A stretch of DNA of 64,000 nucleotides from Octopus sinensis. Its lineage: Eukaryota. Location: contig NC_043000.1 of NCBI RefSeq assembly GCF_006345805.1, positions 83,390,001-83,454,000 on the forward strand. The letters run 5' to 3'. The translations under genes were made by a program, and so were the position numbers. Shown in pieces: positions 28,008-40,536 of this stretch (position 1 is the stretch's first letter; the number at the start of each line of letters is the position of its first letter). Below the pieces are notes generated by a model. The model saw nothing but the letters and a program-made list of their open reading frames with translations. It did not search any database and was not told the DNA's origin.

Positions 28008-28146
28008 CCAGCGATAACATACTCTTCTGATCCTTTCCCTCATCACTGAATATTTGATTCTGTCCCCTTCAAATACCCCTAGGTATTTGTAGCTCTCTGC
28101 TGGTTCTAATTTCTTTATGCCATTCTGCTGTTCAAGATTAACATTG

Positions 28147-28403
28147 TCTTAAACAACCCTTATTCAGGGATATTTTGAGCGGGATGGGCTACTCAACCTG
28201 AAGAAAATTCTAACTGGGCTCCACCTGCAAGGTCTTGCGCTGTTTATCTTGATATGAGATCACCATGTCGCGCACATATGGTTGTGATACATGTGCCTGG
28301 CGTACCCTTATCAGACTGATAGTCGTGATGGGTTTACTGGGCTTCGTATATTTTAGCCCAGTGTCACTTTGATGACATGCACTGCTCTCTCACTCACTCA
28401 ATG

Positions 28404-28467
<64 letters not shown>

Positions 28468-28888
28468 GCCTGATGCAGTACCAGGATGCCCTGATGCAGT
28501 ACCAGGATGCCCTGATGCAGTACCAGGATATGCCCTGATGCAGTACCAGGCAGTGGCTCTCATGGCTTCTGATCTTAACTGATTGGAAGTGTTATCATGT
28601 ACATTGTTTTGTCTTGGTATAAAAGATGGGCTACAGCAAATATTCTGCTCAATACCACAGATTTGCTTGTCAGTTGTTTGACCATAACCAGTTGAGCATG
28701 TCCCTTAGTGGCTGACGATATGTGCATCTCTGATCACGAGCAGAAGTAGTGGGGGAGCATCATAGCCATGTGTTGAGAGGGATTCTTTGGGGTTTGAATA
28801 ATTCACCTTTGGAAACATGGGTGTTTCGTTCAACATCCTTAAACAACCCTTATTCAGGGACCTTTTGAGCGGGATGGGCTACTCGACC
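28147..28888 (+). mobile_element. (TAA)n-associated non-coding retroelement, two partial units
   Basis: 28147-28400 (3' part) then (AAT)n then 28468-28888 (5' part), overlapping in cttaaacaacccttattcaggga...gggctactc; other pieces at 3320-3445, 13893-13930, 24776-25183. Confidence 0.75.
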
Positions 28889-29108
28889 ATATTTATATAA
28901 TATTTAATATTTATTTCACAAAAGTCCGAAGCTGTCTGCTCGAGTGTCGGTGGTCATCTACCTAGCAAGAGGTGAGGCCTGTGAATCAGTTGCTTTTATG
29001 TTTTCGTTTCTCATTGTGTTCAACGTTTTTTGATGTCCTGTATCCATATATACATGTATATATACATATATATGTAGGTATGTACATATTTGTATATATG
29101 CATATATT

Positions 29109-29139
<31 letters not shown>

Positions 29140-29179
29140 TATATATTATATATATATATATATATAAATATATAAGATA

Positions 29180-29460
29180 GACTCTCCCGTCGAAAACAAT
29201 GCAATGAGTGTTTAGCTTTTGCTGAACGGCATGCACGAATGATTTGCATATAGTGATCAAATGTATGTGCTGTACATCAGCTCACTCCATCAAATCGACG
29301 TTGGCTGAACAGGTGAACGGTGAGGCACGCATCAGGTGTCGAAGAGCATCATGACATGAAGTGTTTTACTCAAGGACTCAACACACCACCTGATCTAGGA
29401 ATTGAAACCACAATCTCGCTCGCGTGTGTAACACCCAAAACCACAATGCCATGCACGTCT
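29180..29460 (-). mobile_element. Third tRNA/CORE-like SINE family, degraded
   Basis: Minus: GCATGGCATTGTGG A-box-like, GGTTTCAATTCC B-box-like, CCTTGAGTAAAACACTT CORE-like. Confidence 0.55.
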
Positions 29461-29539
29461 GTATGTATGTATGTATATACATACACACATGCACACACAC
29501 ACATACATACATACATACATACATACATACATACATACA

Positions 29540-29652
<113 letters not shown>

Positions 29653-29929
29653 CAGTAGAATAATATTCAGTAGAATAATATTCAGTAGAAAAAAGTACTG
29701 AGGTAAAAACCGCCGAGAAAAAAATGGAGATTAACGCCTGAAATTGATTTTTGACTCCAAATATTATTCTTATTTCTGAAGGAACTATATTTAAATTCAG
29801 CATTTCTAATGGAACTCCTCTAGAGGAATCTGATGATGCCAATCATATAAAAAAATAAATTTTATGATAAAAAATTACTGGGGCTAAATGTGTCGAAAAA
29901 GTGGTAACGCCTAAAATCAAATTCAAAAC

Positions 29930-30132
29930 CTCTTTTACTCTTTTACTTGTTTGTCATTTGAGTGCGGCCATGCTAGAGCATCGCCTTTAGTCGAAGAAAT
30001 CGACTCCAAAACTTATTCTTTGTAAGCCTAGTACTTATTCTATCGGTCGCTTTTGCCGAACCGCTAAGTTTCGGGGACGTAAACATACCAGCATCGGTTG
30101 TCAAGCGATGTTAGGAGACAAACACAGACACA

Positions 30133-30184
<52 letters not shown>

Positions 30185-30371
30185 GAGAGAGAGATACATA
30201 CATATACACGACGGGCTTCTTTCAGTTTCCGTCTACCAAATATTCTCACAAGGCTTTGATCGGTCCGAGGCTATAGTAGAAGACACTTGCCCAAGGCGCC
30301 ACGCAGTGGGACTGAACCCGGAACCATGTGGTTGGTAAGCAAGCTACTTACCACACAGCCACTCCTGCGCC
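29930..30371 (-). mobile_element. Full-length SINE family A (tRNA head, CORE-like, internal microsatellite, CR1 tail)
   Basis: Head GGCGCAGGAGTGGCTGTGTGGTAAG (A box), GGTTCAGTCCC (B box), CCTTGGGCAAGT (CORE-like), (TA)(TG)n centre, (GTAAAAGA)n tail. Confidence 0.93.
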
Positions 30372-31124
30372 TAATTGTTTTTATTACATCATATGATAGA
30401 ACTCATCAAGACAAGTGTCGTGGTACTAATTTTTCTTAAAAAACATCATTCACACACGGTAGTGTGTAAATAATATTCTTAAAGTCAATATTTACTCACA
30501 CACGACAACTTCTAGGCTTTGTCACTAACTCAATTTTAAACCAAATTAGATTATGTTTACGTTTTTTGATTGGTCGCATCATAAACTACATTTCAAGCTA
30601 AACAATTTGAAAATTGCTTCAGCAGAAAAAAGTTTGAGTGGAATATGTAAGGTCACAAACGGGAGAATAACGCCTGGAATCGACTTTGAGTCCAAATATT
30701 TATTCTTTTTAATTAATTCTATATTTTGTATTAGCTTATATGATAGATCTCGACGACTAGAATCTATCCGTGCTAGTTATATGCAAAACAATTCAGTAGA
30801 AAAAGACTACTGAGGTAAAAACCGATGAAAAAAGAAAAGGAGATTAACGCCTGAAATCGACTTTGAACTCCAAATATTCTTCTTCTTTCAAAAAAAAAAA
30901 CAAACAAAAAAAAACTATATTTAAATTTAACTTTTCTGATAGTTCTCGACTAGAGGAATCCCATCATGCTAATTATATATATAACAAAAAAAAAATTTTT
31001 AATAAAAAAGCTACTGGGGCCACTTGTGCCGAAAACAGTGATAATGCCTAAAAGCAAATTCAAACCCTAAACTTTTTGTTTTGTGTAAAAATTTTGTTTT
31101 TGCTTAGCTCATATTATAGAACTC

Positions 31125-31540
31125 GGATCTTTTCGTTTTGAACAGCAGTTTTTAACGTAATTTCTAGGTAACTAAAAAATTTTAAACTTCGTATACTGGT
31201 AGAATGTGTTTATAAAACATCTTTTTCTCTTGGCTTTATTGAGAAAATTCTATAGTTTGCAAGATATTTGGTCTTTAATTTCTTGCATTTCGGCAATTTC
31301 AACCAATCAATGACCGTCTATTGAGGTGAAACCATTCTGTGCCGTATGAATATGTCCCTCGTTTAAGAAACTGATTGGGTTTATTCACATTTGTGAAGAA
31401 AAAAAGACACCCTTCCCCCACCCCTAACCCTAACCCTAAAAGAGATTGAAATGCAATAGATCGATTCTAGGGTTATAAATATGGGTGACAATTTCATATG
31501 ACACCGCTAGAAAAAACTGCCGTTCAAACCGAAAAGATTC
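31125..31540. mobile_element. Complete MITE with 8-bp TSD (Merlin-like)
   Basis: TIR GGATCTTTTCGTTTTGAACAGCAGTTTTT / AAAAACTGCCGTTCAAACCGAAAAGATTC; TSD TAGAACTC (31117-24, 31541-48); internal CCCTAA repeats. Confidence 0.9.
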
Positions 31541-31677
31541 TAGAACTCATCAAGACGAGTGCTGTGGTGCTAGTCTTTTCAAAAAGTTTTCAAAATTAAA
31601 AAAGTTATTATATAAGCTAAATGTACCAAAAGTATGTAAAACAATTTTGAAGTAATGTTATTACTTACTACAGTACT

Positions 31678-31893
31678 AAGACGACGAGTTGGCAGAGTCG
31701 TTAACATGCAGCGTGAAAGCTTCGCGGCATTTCGTCTGTCTTTACATTCTGAATTCAAATTCTGCCAAGATCGTCTTTGCCTTTTATCTTTCCTGTACTC
31801 GATTAAATAAATATCAGCTGAGGGCTGAGGTCGATGTAATCAACTTCCCTCCACTCCGGACTTGATGTCCTTCTGCCAAAATTGAAAACCAAT
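31678..31893 (+). mobile_element. SINE family B, diverged full-length
   Basis: Head gacgacgagttggcagagtcgttaac, core, tail ...ccaaaattgaaaaccaat. Confidence 0.75.
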
Positions 31894-33360
31894 ATTGCAA
31901 AATGTTTGATTCAGTTCAGTATTTAGGTATCTTGCAAAGATCTACCTCATAGTCATAGAATCCACTACATTGTAATAAATATCACACAGTAGTGTGTGAA
32001 TAATATTCTTAAAGTAAACATTTACTCACTCGTGACCGCTTCTAGGCTTTCTCACGAATTCAGTTTCTTACCAAATTAGATGATGTTTATACACTTTTAG
32101 ATTGGTCACCTCCTAAGCTACATTTTGAGAAGCAAAATTTGAAATTTGATTCTGTAGAAATAAAGTTGAGAATCCTAATATGTGAGGTCAAAAAGGGGAG
32201 AATAACGCCTGAAATCGATACATGCATACTTTCGTAAACACACACACACACACACACTTATTATTACTTCCTATTGATGCTTTCATTACGGATCCATTTC
32301 TTACACTCCTACCTTTCCTTCTGTGTGTTGAACTGGGATTGAAGTTTTAAGTATTCGGCTGAAAATAATTTTACTTGAAGAAGGCATGAACGACGCAACA
32401 ACACACTATCCATACCCTGTAAACTACTGGATTGTTGTGTTCTATCAACAGAAACCACTTGTCTCAGGGTGGAAAGTGAGCACAAACAGTCAAGTCACAC
32501 CTGGAATTATAACTTTCATAGATACAAGTTCAAATACAGGTTTCGGAACAATAAAATTAGAATGAGTTCTCCCAGTGTTCCACTCAGCAGATTAATATGC
32601 CCTCTTTTACAAAATATTATCAATTTTTTGTAGCTCTTTCTCCCAATTCTTCTTCTTCTTCTTCTTCTTCTTCTTCTTCTTCTTCTTCTTCTTCTTCTTC
32701 TTCTTCTTCTTCTTCTTCTTCTTCTTCTTCTTCTTCTTCTTCTTCTTCTATCTCACATTTTCTGTTTTCTAGGTGGTTGAACTAAAAGGCAAGCTTGCTC
32801 ATTACTTCAATAATGCGATCACCTTTAGAGACTGTGTGGATTTTATTTTTTTAATAATGTACTTGAAAGATGTTTTCCGGCTACGTATGTCATCATGTTA
32901 TCATTATTTGAAAATCTTAATTATAATTCTCTTTATTAAATTAAAAGGAACAAAAGTAAGAACAATCAAATAATTAGCATGAGTAATTCCGTGATCCAGT
33001 CACTGAGAAGAGGTCGACATTAACATCGATAGCTAATGTGAAATGTGAAGCTAGTGGTTATTTGCATCCTGGTGCGTAGTCAGAGCTGTAACCTCTTTAT
33101 TCCAAGCATTAGCCTCGTATTGCAGATCCCGGATACATCATGTAATCAAAATGTTTAAAGGTTTATTATTGAAACATGTTTTAGCAACTTGCTTCAAAGC
33201 GTGCACTGGTTTCCTCTCTTCGGCCTCTAATGATAAATTCCCATGTACTCCGAGGTTCCGTTTTGTTTCACACTCTCTTCCGTCTGATCCTTAACCGTCC
33301 ACTCCCCAATCCTTTTAACACAGATTATACCACACTTCACAATCTCTTCACAGATATAAT

Positions 33361-34397
33361 CCACATGGCTGAGTGGTTAAGAAGCTTGTGTAACGGGAGA
33401 AATTGATTAGTAAACAATAATATGTCGGAGTCAACAGTTGTAACGATAAAATTTTGTTGTTATGATTGCATACCGTAGGAAGTGAAAGATGAACAATGCA
33501 TGAAGTTTTAAGGAAATGTTTATTTACCGTTACGTTACAATACCTTGCCTCGACGAGCAGATTATGATAAATCTAAAAGCATGCGAAGTAAAGTTTGTGT
33601 TTGTGTCCTCTTCATTGTTTAGTAGTAAATACAGAGAGAGATAGAATGATGTGTGGGACGTTGTCTCACAGTTGCAGACAGTAAACTTCATTTTCCCCTC
33701 TGACCAAGGTTGTAGCTGGTCAGCCAGACTTCGTTGTCATTGAGTCGTCACCATGTGACTAACTGATATTTGCTTGGGGTGTGGTTGCTTTTATAACTAT
33801 CCAGAAGGGTAGACATATCACTGAGAACAATAGATTTAGTTGGTGATCTTGTTATCGCTATTCTAGCTTTTGGTGAAGTAGAAGAGGTTAGAAAGGGTCA
33901 AGTGGGAAAGACATTATTTCGGCCTAGCTAAAGACATCTGGAAAATGTAAAACTGCTGTCAGAGAAAAACGGTGGAAAAAGTTCTGTTGCAGTGTTAATT
34001 TAAATTTGGCTATGGTGGATCGAATTCACTTCATGCATGCAAGATCCACTACACTTGCTTTGAAACGACGTGGTTTCGTGTTCAATCCCACGGCGTGTTC
34101 AATCCCTATAGCGTGATTTTAGTAGATGTAAACTGACAGGAAGCCCCTCGTGTACACACACGCGAGCGCGCATGTATGTGTGCGTGCGCATGTGTCACCA
34201 TTCATCGCTTGACACCAGCCTTGGTTTGTTTACGTCTCCGTAAATTAGCATTTCGGCAACTGTGACCGATAGAATAAATGCCAGACTTTAAAAAAAGATG
34301 CTGAGGTCAATGTGTTCGACTAAAACCTTTCAAGGTGGTGCTTCAGCGTGGCCGCAATCTAATCACCGAAAGAAATAAGAGATAAAAAAAATAAATA
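33361..34397 (+). mobile_element. SINE family A interrupted by a solo LTR
   Basis: Head ATGGCTGAGTGGTTAAGAAGCTTG resumes at 34054 (CTTGCTTT..GTTCAATCCC) and runs to the tail. Confidence 0.8.
33389..34053 (-). mobile_element. Solo LTR (family L1)
   Basis: TGTAAC...ACTACA, 4-bp TSD CTTG (33385-88, 34054-57). Confidence 0.92.
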
Positions 34398-35383
34398 AAA
34401 GGCGCAACTTAAATATTTTAGATCAGAATCGTATTGTATCGATTTACTCTGATCTGGAAAGCATCATTCAACTGGGATGACAGCCTAAGCTCCTACAGCA
34501 GCACCTGGACACACTACTTATATGAAAATAACGACTTTACACTAAACCTTCCTTTTATGACACGACCGAACTAACAGTTCTCAGTGTCGCTGAAAATACT
34601 ATCCACTCAATATTTGAAAATCTTTCGTAATCCAATTATTTACAAAAATTTAATCCCCAAAACTTCACCCCGCATTACTTCAGCCCTAACCAACTTTCCA
34701 CAAAGATTATGCTCTATATTAGAATATGTTAGGTTGTCATATATATATAACTTAAATCAGTTGACGTTGTCCATGGTGTTCGAAATAAAATTTTTAAAAA
34801 AACGCAAAGGGAAAGTAATCCTGGGAAAACCGGCTTATTTGAATTTAAGAATATTATACACAATGAAACCGATTTTCTGAAAACCAATTGATGAATGCAA
34901 CGGACTATCTTCAGTTTTATTGGATCTCTGCAACAAAGTATATTCAGTTCAGTTGGCCTGAAATAGAACTGATTGATCAGTAAACACTAAAAAAGACGGA
35001 ATATAGTAATGTTGATTACAGGTATCTACAATATTGCTGAAGGATAATACCTCAGTAAGGTCTTATATATATATAATATAGTAGGATAGAAAACTTCGAT
35101 CAACTGAGATTATCCATGTAATTAGTGGACAAAATCTTCCACTAGGGATGATTAAAATCTGGGTTCTGCTCACATATCGGAGACGGTACTGCTGCTGCGT
35201 GCAGGAGCAACTGAGATGTAATCCCAAAAGGCTCACCTAGCATATCCATCACTTTTCTACTCGTCATCGCTATTATGTTTCCTATAATCCTATATTAAAA
35301 ATTGAGATTTTGTTAATCGTCATCAACATTAAATCAAAACTACATTTAAAAAAAAAAATCTGAAAATTTGAAATACTTCAAGT

Positions 35384-35784
35384 TACTCTTTACTCTTTTA
35401 CCTGTTTCAGTCATTTGACTGCGGCCATGCTGGAACACCGCCTTTAGTCGAGCAAATCGACCCCAGGACTTATTCTTTGTAAGCCTAGTACTTATTCTAT
35501 CGGTCTCTTTTGCCGAACTGCTAAGTTACGGGGACGTAAATACACCAGCATCTGTTGTCAAGCGATGTTGGGGGACAAACACAGATACACAAATACACAC
35601 ACACATATATATACATATACATATATACGACGGGCTTCTTTCAGTTTCCGTCTACCAAATTCACTCACAAGGCTTTGGTCGGCCCAAGGCTATAGTAGAA
35701 GACACTTGCCCAAGGTGCCATGCAGTGGGACTGAACCCGGAACCATGTGATTGGTAAGCAAGCTACTTACCACACAACCCACTC
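35384..35784 (-). mobile_element. Near full-length SINE family A
   Basis: Very similar to 29930-30371. Confidence 0.93.
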
Positions 35785-36372
35785 AATCCTTCTTCTTCAG
35801 AAAGGCAATCGTTTTGAGTGTTTGATATACGATGTTTCCAGCCACTATCCATCTACGCATATTCTAATTAAACACCGATCGTCTCAATCTCACCAGTCAA
35901 GAGTTGGGGAGCGTCAACAGGATATGAACTAAAAACATTTTATCTGTTTCAGCAATCATTTTTTTAAAAAAAAACATCAATGTCAGTAATTGTGCATTGA
36001 CCTCTCACACTGACAAGTTTATTCGTTTTAGACTTGAATAAATTAGTCACAATAATACTTATAGAGCCGAAAGTTATTGTTCTTGTCAAGGATGTTTGTT
36101 TAAAGACAATTCGGGTAGATGTGTTTTAAATATAGCAGATTCTAAACACTATTAAAAAGATCGACACAAAGAAAATTATTCCCCATGATAAACATAGATA
36201 ATAAGAAAAAGAAATCTGAAATAATCTAAATTTCCCGCTAAAATAACAAATTTAAGGTATTTTTGGCAATCTGGTAATCAGGGAGAACTATTTGATATAT
36301 AGTAGGAGCCGTTGTTTTGAAAATTCTTTTTTACTTCCTTTCTTAGATGATTGTACATATATCAATAGTTCA

Positions 36373-36430
<58 letters not shown>

Positions 36431-36839
36431 AACATAGATATAGATAGACTAACGATATTACAAAAGAATAAAAGAAAAATTTAATCTATTATTCAGCTTT
36501 GTATGATCTGTTTTATGAAAAGAGCAAAGAAATGCAACTGTTAGTCGAACAAGTAAGTGTCCAATTACTTTGTAAACAAGAGTGTCACGAAACCATTGCT
36601 GACAGACACACCGTAGTCATCGTTTTAAAATACCCACTCGTCCTTCAATTCAACATGTGTACGGAATCCAAATCTTGGTTATTTGATATTGTGTTGAGCG
36701 TGGGCGTGCTCGAGTTTCTGATTTGAATTTCATATCAAAATACCAAGTTCTAAGTATTTAAGTCACGTTTAAAATTAATTTAGGATAGTAAAAATAAAAT
36801 AATATCATATTTATATTACATATGCTGACATAATACATG

Positions 36840-37001
36840 GGCACAAGCGTGGCTGGTAAGACGCTGGCCTTCACACCACATGGTTCCAGCTTCAGCCCCA
36901 CTGCATGGCACTTTGGGCACGAAATGTCTTCTCCTCTATAGCTCAGGGCCGACCAAAGCCTTGTGAATGAATTTGGTAGACAGAAACTGAAAGAAGCCCG
37001 T

Positions 37002-37041
<40 letters not shown>

Positions 37042-37300
37042 CGTGTGCGTGCGTGCGTGTGTGTGTATGTGTGTGTGTGTGCATGCCTGTGTTTGTTCCC
37101 CACAACCGCTTGACAACCGGTGTTGGTGTGTTTAAAACCCTGTAACTTAGCAGTTCGACAAAAGATTACGATAGAATAAGTTCTGGGCTTCTGAAAAAAG
37201 TACTGGTGTTGATTCATTCGACTAAAAGTTCTTCACAGCGGTGCCCTTGCATGGCCGCAGTCTAATGACTGAAACGAGTAAAAGAGAAAGGTAAAAGAAA
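36840..37300 (+). mobile_element. SINE family A
   Basis: Head, (TG)n centre, tail gcatggccgcagtctaatgactgaaacgagtaaaag. Confidence 0.9.
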
Positions 37301-37431
37301 AAAGATAATTCCTACGATTGGTCTGATACCGGGTCAGCCAATACGTTCATAGTGAATATAAGGCGGATCGAACTTAGAACTGTAGATAATGGTGGTATTG
37401 ATAAGGCTTCAGGGATGAGAAGGATTTTGTA

Positions 37432-37770
37432 TCTTCTACTTGCTTCAGTCATTAGATTGCGGTCTTGAAGAATTTTTAGTCGAATAAATCGACCCCAGTA
37501 CTCTTTTTTTTTTCTTTTTTCGGGCCTGGTACTTATTCTATCAATCTGTATTGCTGAATCACTAAGTTACGGGGACGTAAACACCCCACCACCGATTGTC
37601 AAGCGGTGGTGGGGACAAACACAGACACAAAGACACACTCGCGCGCGCGATGGGCTTCTTCTAAACTCCGTCTGCCAAATCCACTCACAAGGCTTTGGTC
37701 TGGCCGAGGCTATAGTAGAAGACACTTGTCCATGGTGTTACGCAGAACCATGAGGTTGAGAAGCAAGCTT
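37432..37770 (-). mobile_element. SINE family A, head cut by SINE B
   Basis: Homology to other A copies; lies tail-to-tail with the 36840 copy. Confidence 0.85.
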
Positions 37771-37772
37771 CT

Positions 37773-38175
37773 TATTTCTTTATTGCCCACAAGGGGCTAA
37801 ACATAGAGGGGACAAACAAGGACAGACAAAGGGATTAAGTCGACTACATCGATCCCAGTGCTTAACTGGTACTTATTTAATCGACCCTGAAAGGCAAAGT
37901 CGCGGAATTTGAACTCAGAACGTAACGGCAGACGAAATACCTATTTCTTTACTACCCACAAGGGGCTAAACATAGAGAGGACAAACAAGGACAGACAAAC
38001 GGATTAAGTCGATTATATCGACCCAAGTACGTAACTAGTATTTATTTAATCGACTCCGAAAGGATGAAAGGCAAAGTTGACCTCGGCGGAATTTGAACTC
38101 AGAACGTACTAACGGCAGACGAAATACCGCTAAGCATTTCACCCGGCGTGCTAACGCTTCTGCCAGCTCGCCGCC
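37773..38175 (-). mobile_element. Dimeric SINE family B, long-tail type
   Basis: Head GGCGGCGAGCTGGCAGAA at 38175; body and tail present twice (37773-37941, 37942-38127). Confidence 0.92.
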
Positions 38176-38639
38176 TTAAAATTGAAGTATATTGCAATAG
38201 AACTTGTAGTGACGACCAAGATCAGTTTCAAGCCAATTAAACAGATTTGTTCAATTTGAGCCCTGCACCGAGGAAGGCCGCACACACGCTTGACTTGTTA
38301 GAAAGCATTAAAACTTTCATATGAGCTTTCAGTTTTTGGTATGTCGTTGTGGCTAACGGTGGAGCCTCAAGCTTTCAATGCTTTTAAGCTGGGATTGGCG
38401 TACTACACGAAGCATAAAACATCAATCTTCAGCATTTGTAGAGTAGAGGGTCCAACTGACAATTCTCTGATTGAGTCTTGCACTTCCTAGCGCCGGCCCA
38501 AATTCTCCGAAGAATAATTGGTTCGTATTGCCTTAGTGAATCCGCAGGAACAATGTAGCTCATAACCGTGCAGGATTATTGCATTGCTCACATGAAACTG
38601 TGTTGGCTATCATGTTGTTGGCATCCTTTTGTCTCGGGA

Positions 38640-39110
38640 GACAATGGAGTTGCGCATAAACTAATCCAGTTTGGTTTTTACATTTCATGTCCTCTCCAGT
38701 TTCCTCTCCAGTTTTGCGCAGGCCTGGGCTAGATGTAAGAAAATCCTGGGTAGCCCAATCGTCAGGATTCCTCTCTCGACCTTGCTAACGTAGTCCAAAG
38801 GAGTGCATAGCATTACGTTTGGCACCAGCTTGGTTGCAGGAGCTGCCAGTAGAGTGTCGAGTCGAGCACTAAACCGCCTACGGGGCTCCACTCCAGATTT
38901 CTTTAAAGGTTGTCTCATTTCCGTAACCCTAGATAGGGGCCCATACCGAGTACTGTCAGAACAGAGCCAGCTGATCCCGGGATACGTGTCAGGTAGGATC
39001 GTCATTCCCTGAAGCAGTGAAGAAAATCGCTACCCACTACTATGTATCGACATACAAACCACCTAACTGCCTTCTCAGTGTGTGCGTGAGTAGGTATATG
39101 TCGGAACGGT
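38640..39110 (-). mobile_element. Probable RTE-clade LINE 5' UTR fragment
   Basis: GC-rich island; minus GGAGTGGAGCCCC..GGCAGCTCCTGCAACCAAGCTGGTGCCAAACGTA recalled from RTE-type 5' UTRs, not verified. Confidence 0.4.
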
Positions 39111-39459
39111 GTACCTTAGCTACTATTTTTGAAATACTTAACACCTCACTAAAATGTACTATACCTATAGGTGCCTGTGGATATTGTTTGTATAATGAGG
39201 GAGCTTTTATGTCCTTTTAATGCAGTTTTGGTAGTCACTGTCATTACTCATGATTTCTGCGGCAATGTACTTTCATTCTTATTTATGACGAGTTTTTAAA
39301 AACTTTTTACGACGATAAACTGCATATTAATCCTCAATTACGTTGCTATAATGTTTAACATCTTTGTTATTGAATCGGTCTACTGCAGGGATCGACTCTG
39401 TTGGAAATAATCGAAACTGCACTGTTTGATATTTGTTTGCAGGCGTGGATGTTTGGTAA

Positions 39460-39693
39460 GGCGGCGAGCTGGCAGAAACGTTAGCACGCCGGGCGAAATG
39501 CTTAGCGGTATTTCGTCTGCCGTTAGTACGTTCTGAGTTCAAATTCCGCTGAGGTCGACTTTACCTTTCATCCTTTCGGGGTCGATTAAATAAGTACCAG
39601 TTAAGCACTGGGATCGTTGTAATCGACGTAATCCCTTTGTCTGTCCTTGTTTGTCCCCTCTATGTTTAGCCCCTTGTGGGCAATAAAGAAATA
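39460..39693 (+). mobile_element. Monomeric SINE family B, long-tail type
   Basis: Complete from head to GGGCAATAAAGAAATA. Confidence 0.92.
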
Positions 39694-40048
39694 ATTATAT
39701 TTCAGTTTCTAGGACAATTTACTTTCATGCTTTTTTTCTTTTTTACGATAGTAAACTGCATGAATCGTAATTAAGACCGCGTTTTCTACCCAACATACAT
39801 CACATCTTCTCCTACGAATGTAAATCAACTTCATGGCATTAATTCATAATTTCCTAACAGTAGTCACTAACGATTACCACTAGGTTTCTACTTTCTTTTT
39901 ACAACAAAACCATGAATTCCAATGAATTCAGAATATATTTAAGTGCTACCCTTAACATCACCCCTTAACTTATCCAAATCTATGCCTCTCAGTAATTTCC
40001 GTTCGCTCGTTTATCTTTCTTGATTTTTTTTTTTTTTTTGACATTTTC

Positions 40049-40184
40049 TATCCTGCAGTTAACTTTCAATTTTGTGCTTCTTGCTCAAGATTATATAGAT
40101 ACAGTGATCCCTCGACTATCGCGGGCGTTACGTTCCAAAACACCCCGCGATAGGCGAAAATCCGTGAAGTAGAAACAGTATTGT

Positions 40185-40262
<78 letters not shown>

Positions 40263-40438
40263 AATTACTTTTTGCAATTTGTATATATTTATTCTATCAT
40301 TTTTATATATTTATCCTGCAGTTACTTTCAATTTTGTGCTTCTTGCTCAAGATACAGTGATCCCTCGACTATCGCGGGCGTTACGTTCCAAAACACACCG
40401 CGATAGGCGAAAATCCGTGAAGTAGAAACAGTATTGTA

Positions 40439-40536
<98 letters not shown>

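Larger units (their letters stand above)
29681..32218. repeat. Degenerate higher-order tandem repeat (~170-bp subunits, ~690-bp unit x2)
   Basis: TAACGCCT(G)AAATC(G)A-like motif near 29732, 29906, 30668, 30846, 31042, 32202; 29681-29929 aligns with 30792-31068; 30450-30690 aligns with 31982-32218. Confidence 0.8.

Noticed and set aside
30300-30371. tRNA gene
   Set aside because: A/B boxes belong to the SINE head; no complete cloverleaf evident.
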